Shown: positions 50,099-61,400 of the stretch, one piece after another | Layout: every line of letters begins with the position of its first letter | Numbering within the stretch: the stretch's first letter is position 1 | From: Phaeosaccion multiseriatum | Taxonomy: Eukaryota; Protista; Ochrophyta, other classes | NCBI GenBank assembly: GCA_965112735.1 | Contig: OZ218962.1 | Span: 1,922,001-1,986,000 of the forward strand | Direction: 5' to 3' | DNA length: 64,000 bases | Notes under the pieces: model-generated | Told to the model about the DNA's origin: nothing | What the model saw: the letters and a program-made list of their open reading frames with translations, nothing else | Databases searched by the model: none | Made by a program: the position numbers and the translations under genes

Positions 50099-53006
50099 GA
50101 CTGACTGACTGACTGACTGACTGACTGACTGACTGACTGACTGACTGACTGACTGACTGACTGACTGACTGACTGACTGACTGACTGACTGACTGACTGA
50201 CTGACTGACTGACTGACTGACTGACTGACTGACTGACTGACTGACTGACTGACTGACTGACTGACTGACTGACTGACTGACTGACTGACTGACTGACTGA
50301 CTGACTGACTGACTGACTGACTGACTGACTGACTGACTGACTGACTGACTGACTGACTGACTGACTGACTGACTGACTGACTGACTGACTGACTGACTGA
50401 CTGACTGACTGACTGACTGACTGACTGACTGACTGACTGACTGACTGACTGACTGACTGACTGACTGACTGACTGACTGACTGACTGACTGACTGACTGA
50501 CTGACTGACTGACTGACTGACTGACTGACTGACTGACTGACTGACTGACTGACTGACTGACTGACTGACTGACTGACTGACTGACTGACTGACTGACTGA
50601 CTGACTGACTGACTGACTGACTGACTGACTGACTGACTGACTGACTGACTGACTGACTGACTGACTGACTGACTGACTGACTGACTGACTGACTGACTGA
50701 CTGACTGACTGACTGACTGACTGACTGACTGACTGACTGACTGACTGACTGACTGACTGACTGACTGACTGACTGACTGACTGACTGACTGACTGACTGA
50801 CTGACTGACTGACTGACTGACTGACTGACTGACTGACTGACTGACTGACTGACTGACTGACTGACTGACTGACTGACTGACTGACTGACTGACTGACTGA
50901 CTGACTGACTGACTGACTGACTGACTGACTGACTGACTGACTGACTGACTGACTGACTGACTGACTGACTGACTGACTGACTGACTGACTGACTGACTGA
51001 CTGACTGACTGACTGACTGACTGACTGACTGACTGACTGACTGACTGACTGACTGACTGACTGACTGACTGACTGACTGACTGACTGACTGACTGACTGA
51101 CTGACTGACTGACTGACTGACTGACTGACTGACTGACTGACTGACTGACTGACTGACTGACTGACTGACTGACTGACTGACTGACTGACTGACTGACTGA
51201 CTGACTGACTGACTGACTGACTGACTGACTGACTGACTGACTGACTGACTGACTGACTGACTGATTGACTGACTGACTGATTGACTGACTGACCGACTGA
51301 CTGACTGACTGACTGACTGACTGACTGACTGACTGACTGGCTGGCTGGTTGACTGACTCACTGTCTCACTGACTGACTGACGGACTGATTGACTGACTGA
51401 CTGACTAGCTGACTGACTGTCTGACTGACGAGCGGACCGACTGACTGACTGACGAGCGGACCGACTGACCGATTGACTGACCGACAGATCGACCGACGGA
51501 CCAGCAAACCAACACACTCACTCACTCACTCACTCACTCACTCACTCACTCACTCACTCACTCACTCACTCACTCACTCACTCACTCACTCACTCACTCA
51601 CTCACTCACTCACTCACTCACTCACTCACTCACTCACTCACTCACTCACTCACTCACTTACTCACTCACTCACGCATTCATTCATTCACCCCAGCACGAC
51701 TGACTCACTCGCTAACAACGCCTCCTCCCCCCCCTTCCCTCCCCTCCTCCTCTCCTCACTCTCTAGAGCAAGCCAAGGCCGCCTCCAACGAGAGGGGCTC
51801 TGTGGGTCTGCGCTACCTCGCTAACCGCAGTGTTGGCTTTAGAGAGTTCGCCGCACATTGCGCCCGCTTCAAGGCACGTGGATATGGCTGACGGACTCAC
51901 TCACTGACCGACTCAGTCAGTCAGTCAGTCAGTCAGTCAGTCAGTCAGTCACTCACTCACTCACTCACTCACTCACTCACTCACTCACTCACTCACTCAC
52001 TCACCACTCACTCACTCACTCACTCACTCCCTCACTTCCTCAAACTCCCTCACCCACTCACTTAATCCCTCCCTTCCTTCCTCACTCACTCACTCTTCGC
52101 CTTCTCTCCTCCCCCCCCCCCCCCTCCATCCCTTTCCCCTCCCCTGCCCTTGAAAAGGTGGAGAAGAAGAGCATCTCCACAACTGGCACTGTATTCACAA
52201 CCGGCACATCAGGCTCCTTCGGTACCAAGGGCTCCGCAGCAGGGTCCAGGGGCTCACGGGGCTCAGGGTCGAGGGCAGGCAGTAGAGACGGGGGAGGGGG
52301 GGCGTCTGTGGCGGCGAGTCAAACGAGCAAGAGCAGTAAGGCGTCACGTAACAGTAGGAGCAGGTGAGAGAGAAGGAATGGGTGCGTAGTATGTCAATGG
52401 GTGCGTGAGGGGGTGCGTGAGTGGGTGCGTGGGTGTATATATATTATATATATTATATATATTATATATATGTGGTGGGGTGGGATGGCAGTGGGCGAGT
52501 TGTCACGCCTTCGCGTGCTTTAACTTTCCCCATCTCTTGTCTCTTTCTCCTTCCCTCTCTGTCCCTCCTCGCCCCCCCCCTCGCCTCACCTCTGTCAACC
52601 CCCCTCCTCCTCTTCAACTCCGCCCTTCCTCCTCTCTTCATCTCCCCTCCCCCTCCCCCTCCCCCTCCTCTGTCCACCCCCAACACATATAGTGTGGTGG
52701 CGCTGGCTGCCCGAGAGCTGCAAATGCCCCAAGCGATGGTCATGAATGACTTCGTTGTACCCGCAATGAGTATAGAGACCGTCTTGCCAGGTGTGTGAGG
52801 GCATGGCAGTGGATGGCAGTGGATGGGAGTGGGTGGGTAGAGTAGTGCGTGGGGGTGGGGTGGATCGGCCGTGTGCGTGGAAGAGAGTGGGTGGATGGCA
52901 GTGGATGGCAGGTAGGAGATGGCAGCCGATGGATGGACGGATAGATGGATGGGCAGGGGATGGCAGTGGATGGCGCCTCTGAGGGAAGGGTACACTAGCC
53001 ACTTGG

Positions 53007-53079
<73 letters not shown>

Positions 53080-53643
53080 TCTGCGTATGCGTGTGTGGTC
53101 GTGCGTGTGTGGTCGTGCGTGTGTGGTCGTGCGTGTGTGCGTGTGTGTGTGGGTGTGTGTGTGTGCGTGTGTGTGTATATGTGCGTGTGGGTGGTGTGTG
53201 TATGTGCGTGTGGGTGTGTGAGTGTGGGTGAGTGTATGTGTGTGCGTGTGTGTGTGGGTGGGTGTGAGTGTATGTGTGTGCGTGTGTGTGTGCGTGTGTG
53301 TGTACATGATCCTCAAGCTTAGCCCTTCCGCCATCCTCACTCCATCCTGAAATCAAGGCCAACAAACACAAACTGAAATCAAAGCCAACACGCGCAAACT
53401 CTACCTACACTCAAGCTGTCACTGTCTCTCCCGTGCTGATCACTCTGCCTTCTCCTATCCTCCTCCGCCCCTATTCCCCCTCCTATCCTCCTCCTCCTCC
53501 TTCTCCTCCTCCTCCTCCTCCTCCTCCTCCTCCTCCTCCTCCTCCTCCTCCTCCTCCTCCTCCTCCTCCTCCTCCTCCTCCTCCTCCTCCTCCTCCTCCT
53601 CCTCCTCCTCCTCCTCCTCCTCCTCCTCCTCCTCCTCCTCCTC

Positions 53644-53675
<32 letters not shown>

Positions 53676-56600
53676 ACCCAGGCGCTTGTGCCCCCTCCTT
53701 CCTACTGGGCTCGACTGACGAGCACGGGGATTGGTGTGATGGGCTGTTGCTGAGGAGGCTGAGGATGCTCGCCAGCGGGAGGGGCGATCGATACTCCGTT
53801 GGAGAGGTAAGTAATGGCAGGGGTTGGCAGTGGAGGGATGGCAGGGGATGGCAGTGGATGGCATAGGATGGGGCGAGCGGAAACGGGCGGGGGACGTAAG
53901 GAGGGAGGGAGGGAGGGAGGGAGGGAGTGAGGAGGGAGGGAGGAGGGAGTGAGGAGGGAGTGAGGAGGGAGGGAGGAGGGAGGGAGGAGGGAGGGGGTGG
54001 ATGAAGTGCATGGAGTGGATGGAGTGAGGGAGGAGGGAGGGAGTGGATGGAGTGGATGGAGTGGAGCGTAAAAGTTGTATGTATGTGTGTGTGTGTGTGT
54101 GTTTGTTTGTGTGTGTGTGTGTATGTATGTGTGTGTGTGTGTGTGTTTGTGTGTGTGTGTATGTGTGTGTTTGTGTGTGTTGTGTGTGTGTTGTGTGCGC
54201 GTGCGTGCGTATGTGTGTGTGTGTGTGTGTGTCTAACCCCTTCACCCCCACTCCCTAACCCCCTCCATCCCCTCCTACCTCAATACAGACGGGCAAGGGT
54301 GATGCTCTCCGACCCGTACTGTCCCCCGAGGAGGCAAGCCTGCACACAGAGGGGCTCATGGAGGGAGCACAGGCGGGCCTGTCGGTTTCCGGGTCGGCTG
54401 TGGCTGCCGGCAGTAAGGAGGGGGGCGGGGGGGGAGGGGGAGCAGGCGGGGATTGGGGGGCAGGGGGGATGGAGGGGATGCAGAGCTGCTCGGAGGGGGT
54501 GCTTGGCGACTATCGCTCTCGACTGCTCGTGTTGGACGGCTACCTTACCCGGGATATCGAGGCCATACTGGTAAGGCGGGGGGTGGTACAGAGACAGAAG
54601 GGGGGAATGAAAGGACAGTCACATTCACGCGGATGAGCCTGACGCACACACACACACTCACACCAAGCGATACATGGCGTAGTGTTACGTAATGCTACGT
54701 ACTGTTACCTACTGTTACGCAATGTTACGTAATGTTACGTAATATTACCTACTCTACCTCCTAGCGATCTTACCTTTTGGCATAAGAAGCCGTAACGAAT
54801 GTGATACTGACCCCCTCTCCCCCCCCCCCCCCCCCACTGCCATCCACTACCATCCCCTCAGGCAAGTGACGTTTCCTCCGTCCCCACCCTCACCGGCCCG
54901 GAGAAGGGGGCGTGGGATGCTCGCAAGCTTCTCCTCCCCGACGGAGACTGCCTTGCCCTTGATGGGAGGGCACATGTGGCGGTGGAAACCGTCGACATTA
55001 GCGACTTGTCCCCGGCCACGCTTACTCTTACTACGGTCGTGCATCTGGATGTGAGTGCGTGCGTGTGTGTGTTTGTGTGTGTGTGTGTGTGTGCGTGTGT
55101 GTGTGCGTGCGTGTGTGGGCTTGGGGGCGGGCGGAGGGAATGATTGTGGAAGGGACACATGTACTAGTGATGGGGGCTCAGCTCAGCTCAACTCCCCCCT
55201 AAAGCCTCACTCGCCTCCCCTTGTATCCTTCCCCCATCCATCCACTGCCATCCCTCCATCGACTGCCATCCACTGCCATCCCAAAGGTGTCCACTCGCGA
55301 GATGGTGGGTTGCATGGTGGATGCTTGGCTGCGAAAGCTAAGAAGGGGCAAGATGACGTCACTGCCCGGGGGGGTCAACTTTACCCCTACAGTGCAAGCC
55401 GCCATCAAGGAGGTAAGCAAAGAGGAGGAGGAGGAGGAGAAGGAGCAGGAGCAGAACAAAAAGGGGAGAAGGAGGAGGAGCAGAACAAAAAGGGGAAGAG
55501 GAAGCCTCTCCTTCACGAAGAGCTGAAGGTCCCCGAACACCCCTCTCCCCCACCCCACCCACATACCCACTCACACCCACCCACCCAATCACCCACCCAC
55601 CCACCCACCCACTCAAACGCACACACACATACTTCCATTTGCACACACAATCCCACTCACTCACCCATCCACCCACCACCCATCCGCTCACTCACACTCC
55701 CTCACTCCCTCACTCACACTCCCTCACTCACTCTCTCGCCTACTCACTCACGCACTTACTCACGCACTCACTCACGCACTCACTCACTCACTTACTCACT
55801 CACTCACTCACTCACTCACTCGCTCACTCACTCACTCACTCACCCACCCACCCACCCACCCACCCACTCACTCACTCACTCACTCACTCACTCACCCACT
55901 CCCTCACTCACTCACTCACTCACTCTCTCGCCTGCTCACTCACGCACTCACTCACGCACTCACTCACTCACTCACTCACTCACTCACTCACTCACTCACT
56001 CACTCACCCACTCACTCACTCACTCACTCACTCATTCACTCACTCACTCATTCACTCACTCACTCACTCACTCACTTACTCACTCACTCACTCACTCACT
56101 CACTCACTCCCTCACTCACCCACCCACCCATCCACCCACACACACCCACCACCCATGTACCCACTCACACCCACCCATCCATTAGGCGCTGACCGTGGAC
56201 GACTTGGTCCTCAACATCGTTGGCTTCGAGGTCGGCAGAAGCACCAGTGGTAGTAGGGGGAGTAGCAGCAGCAGCAGCAGCAGTGGCGGCAGCACTAGCG
56301 CGGGTGTTATCTCCGGCAGCGGCGGTGGGGACAACAGCAGCAGCACCAACAGTGGGGTGGGGGTGGAGGAAGGAGGAGGGGGGGTGAGTGGCAGCTCCTA
56401 CAGCATCAACGTTGATGTGGTGCCTGCTGTCGCCTCGTCTCGCGTCATGGCCATGCTGCGCTTACTGGAGTGTTTGCTTGGGTGGCTCGTGGAGGAGGAT
56501 GAGTACGCCACCGCCCCAGATGCCATCGTAGAGGTGAGTAGTAGTAGAAGTAGTAGTAGTAGTAGTAGGTAGTAGTAGCAGTAGTAGGAGGAGTAGGAGT

Positions 56601-58382
56601 AGGATTAGTAGTAGTAGTAGGAGTAGTAGTAGTAGTACTAGTAGTAGTAGTACTAGTAGTAGTAGTAGGAGTAGGAGTAGTAAGTCAATAGATGGCGGAG
56701 TAAGTCAATTGGTGGTGGTGCGTGAGTTCCGTGGGTGGGTGGATGGGTGGTACGCCAGTTGTGAGTGGGTAAGGGGGGTAGGTGGGTGGGTGGGTGGGTG
56801 GGTGGGTGGGTGAGAGTTGGGGTAGTAAAGAGATTGCAGCTACTCAACTCACCCACTCACAACTGGCGTACCACCCACCCGCCCCCACTCCTTCCACAGA
56901 ATCCTTTTAGGCAGAAAAGCAAACCGAGAACTTCGCAGGGGCAGAGGGAATATGGATGTATTTACTGACATAGAAACTGAAAGTGTGTGCGTGCGTGTGT
57001 GTGTGCATAGAGATTGACTTATGCGGCATCAATGACGTATGGCGCATCAATAACTTATGGGGCATCAACCTAAGAATTACGAAATTGTGTGTGTTTGTTT
57101 TGTGAAGCAAGTTCAACAGCCCGTTCCTCTTTCCTTCCATCCGAAGCAACAACTCCTCCACCCGTCCCTCCTCCCCACTTCTCCCCCCCCCCCCCCTCTC
57201 CCGATGCACAGCTGGCGCAAGCGGAGCTGAGCGAAGGAAGTGGCTTCACCGCGGACTTCTCCCTCGTTGACAGAGACAGAGACACCGGAGGAGGAGGAGG
57301 AGGAGGAGGAGGAGGAGGAGGAGGAGCAGCAGGAGCAGCAGGAGGAGGAGGCGGAGAAGGAGGAGGAGGAGGAGGAGGGGGGGGGGGGGGGGGGGGAGGG
57401 TCGTAATGGCACTCATACCACTGCGGCGGAAAGAGCTCTGTCCGAGGGGGTGGAGGCCCTCGCTGAGGATGCAGCACTGGTGGGGAGGATCAGGGAGAGA
57501 GCAAGGCGACTGAGGGTCAAGGTGAGAAGGAGGAGCGAAGTGGGAGGCAGGGAGGGAGGGAGCGAGGCAGGCAGGGAGGGAGGGAGGGAGGGAGGGAGGA
57601 AGGGAGGGAGGGAGGGCGGGAGGGAGGGAGGGAGGGAAGGAGGGAGGGAGGGAGGGAGGGATTCGCCGCTGGATAGCATCCATAAAAAGTCACTCATGTA
57701 ACCGTTACGTGCATGGGAACACGCGCACGCACTTCCCCCCCCCCCTCCTCTCCACTGCCCTCCTCCTCCTCCTTCTCCTCCTCCTCCTCCTCCTCCTCCT
57801 CCTCCTCCTCCTCCTCCTCCTCCTCCTCCTCCTCCTCCTCCTCCTCCTCCTCCTCCTCCTCCTCCTCCTCCTCCTCCTCCTCCTCCTCCTCCTCCTCCTC
57901 CTCCTCCTCCTCCTCCTCCTCCTCCTCCTCCTCCTCCTCCTCCTCCTCCTCCTCCTCCTCCTCCTCCTCCTCCTCCTCCTCCTCCTCCTCCTCCTCCTCC
58001 TCCTCCTCCTCCTCCTCCTCCTCCTCCTCCTCCTCCTCCTCCTCCTCCTCCTCCTCCTCTCCTCCTCCTCCTCCTCCTCCTCCTCCTCCTCAGGTTTGGC
58101 TGCTCCTCACCTACTCCATGGTATGGGGGCTCGCTGGTCACGTGGGGTCTGACAAAGGTGAGTGCGGGAGGGGCAGGTAGAAATGCCGAAGTATGGCACT
58201 GAGACAGGCACTACTCTTCAATGCCTTTTGGTGTAATTATATGTATGTATGCAATATATGCACATATAATTATATACTGCGTGTGTATGTGGAGTCTTCA
58301 CCCTCCAGAACATTTTACGAAGCAGGGGGAGGTAGCCAGCCGCTGGGTGGGTGGGTGGGTGGGAGTGTGCATGTTTGTGTGT

Positions 58383-58413
<31 letters not shown>

Positions 58414-61400
58414 GGTGAGTGGATGGATGGATGGCAGTGGATGGATGGATGGCAGTGGATGGGAGTGCCATAGATACATGGGAACAGGAAGGAAGAAGGA
58501 AGGAAGAAAGGAAAGAGGCAAAGAAGGAAGGAAGGACGGAGCGAAGGAATGAATTAAAGAATGAAGGAAGGAAGGAGGGAAAAAAGGAAGGAAGGAAGGA
58601 AGGAAGGACGGAGGAAAAGAATGAATGAAGGAAGGAGGAAAAGAATGAATGAAGGGAGGAGGGAAAGAAGGAAGGAGGGAAGGAAAGATAGAATTGATGG
58701 AAGGAAGGAAGGAAGGAAGGAAGGAAGGAAGAAAGGAGAAAGGAAGGAAATTGCTTATTTGTTGCCCGTTGCCTTGCTCCGAAACACGCACACACACACA
58801 CACACGTTGGTGATACACACAACAGGCCGCGTGACGCTGAGCACGTTTATGAAGCAGCGCATGCCCAAAGACGTACAGCATGACGTCATCTTCGAGGCGA
58901 ATCTCTACAACTTCATACCCGATTTAGTCTCGGTGAGTAAGAGGGGAAGTTATTGACATATAGGAATCAACATAAGAATTACGTATGTATTTACGTATGT
59001 ACGGGTATGAGTTGCGGGGTTTTGATGGTTCATGAGAGACCTAAGGCCACTGTTACTGCTCACCCTGCTTCCACCCCCCCTCCCTCCCCTCGCTCATCCG
59101 CTGCCATCCACCCTCCCATTCACTGCCATCCACTGCCATCCACCCTCCCATCCTGGTCAGGGCAAGCTGGTGCCCATCAGCGGCTACGATGGAGTGTTCG
59201 GTGTTCCCAAGGGGGCTTGGCAGAACGTCCCTTTCTGGCACGTGGGCGCCTCTGAATTGGGTCAGTCCATGCCTCCCTCACTCGTCGTGCCCACCGTCAG
59301 GACACGATCCATCTTGACGGCCGTGTATATAATGGTACGTAAGGTTGCGTGTGTGTGTGTGTGTGTGCGTGTACGTGTACGTGTATGTGTATGTGTATGT
59401 GTGTGTGTGTGTGTTGTGATGTGGTGTGCAAATCAGTCTGCCCTCGCAAACACACACACACACACACACTTCTCTCCCTTATACGTATTGCCTCGTTGCG
59501 TTTCCTTACTTACGTACCCGTCATGTTATGTTTTGACCCCTTAACCCCTCGCGTATACGTACTGGCTCAGCTCGGTCGTGCTCGCATGCACGTGGTGCTG
59601 GAGGGAGAAGAAGGGGTTGGTAAGACGGCCCTCGCAAGGAGGCTTCTCAAGGCCTTGGGGGACGGCGTGCCGGACCCTTTCGCAATCTCTCTGGAGGGCG
59701 AGAGTCAGCAGGTGGGAGGGGAAGGGCGGAAGGGCAGAGGGTGGGAGGGAGGGATAGAGTCAGGGTCAGGGGGAGGGTAAGGGTAAGGAGGAGGAGGAGG
59801 AGGAGGAGGAGGAGGAGGAGGAGGAGGAGGAGGAGGAGGAGGAGGAGGAGGAGGAGGAGGAGGAGGAGGAGGAGGAGGAGAGGAGGAGGAGGAGGAGGAG
59901 GAGGAGGAGGACGAGGAGGAGGAGGAGGAGGAGGAGGAGGAGGAGGAGGAGGAGGAGGAGGAGGAGGAGGAGGAGGAGGAGGAGGAGGAGGAGGAGGAGG
60001 AGGAGGAGGAGGAGGAGGAGGAGGAGGAGGAGGAGGAGGAGGAGGAGGAGGAGGAGGAGGAGGAGGAGGAGGAGGAGGAGGAGGAGGAGGAGGAACAGAA
60101 TCAGAGTGAGGAGCGGCGAGACTATCATGTTTATCGATATTAAATATCGAGATCGATAGCGGCATGGACGAATCCTCAGGGGGAGGGGGAGGACATCAGT
60201 GGCCTGACTGCTTCAATGACTCACTGACTGACTGACTGACTGACTCACTGACTGACTCACTGACCCGCGTACTTGCCTGCCTCTGCGCCTGCCTGACTGA
60301 CTAACGTATTCGAATGTATTTCGATACGAATATCGGCACCGACATTCTGACTGATTCTCACAGGTTGAGGCCACAAGTGGCCTCACGCAACGCATGGAGG
60401 CCGGCGGGGTGGACTCGGGAGGCGACGCAGTTGGAAGCATACAGGTAGGGGCGCGGAGAGAACTGAGTGTCAGGTGTCGAGTGTCAGGCTTTACGCCTTT
60501 ATCTGCCGCCCATCCACTACCATCCGCTGCCATGCCCTGACAAAATCCCTAGGTGAGCACTTCGATCGCCATGGTGGACGAGCTGCGCCAGGAGGTGGTT
60601 CACAGCGTCGCCAGAGCTGAGGATGGCAGTGGATGTGCCCAACCGCAACCAGCAACCGCAGGATTAGCAGGCCGAGACGCACCAGCAGGAGCAGCAGGGG
60701 CACCAGGGGCAGCAGGGGCAGCAGGGGGTGAAACCGTCAATGAGCACCACCAACAGCAGCAGTCGCAGGAGTCGCAGCAGTCGCAGCAGCGTATACCGCC
60801 CCTGAGCTCTGTATATGTGTCTCTGTCCCGATCGAGCCGGCCGGAGCACGTCATCGAAACGATAGAGGGGGCTCTTCTTGGAGAGAGGAGAGGCACCCTG
60901 AGGGCCCCTACGGGTGGGCGTGTCGTTGTATTTGTTGATGACTTACACCTCGCTGCAGGAGGAGGAGGAGGAGGAGGAGGAGGAGGAGGAGGAGGAGGAG
61001 GAGGAGGAGGAGGAGAAGGAGGAGGAGGAGGAGGAGGAGGAGGAGAAGGAGAAGAAGGAGGAGGAGGAGGAATGGGCGGCGCCGTGCGGGCCGAGATGCA
61101 GCTCGTGGAACTTCTACGTGGAGCAGTGGGGTACTCTGCGGCGGTGAGCATCGTACCTATCTCAGCCCATGCAGTAGCTGAAGGTGGAGGAGCAGGTGGT
61201 GGTGGCGGAGGAGGAGGAGGAGGAGGAGGAGGAGGAGGAGGAGGAGGAGGAGGAGGAGGAGGAGGAGGAGGAGGAAGTGGCGGGGTTGGTGGTTCGGGTG
61301 CACTGATGATGGAAACGCCTGGCGACTGCCGACTCATCGCTCCAAACAGAGACATGCGACTCGCCCGAGAGAGAGACGCACGGAGGTTGAAGCTTGCCAA

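Noticed and set aside
49703-51517. 604-aa SQSV-repeat ORF (minus strand)
   Set aside because: Translation of the (GACT)n microsatellite, antisense to a dynein intron.
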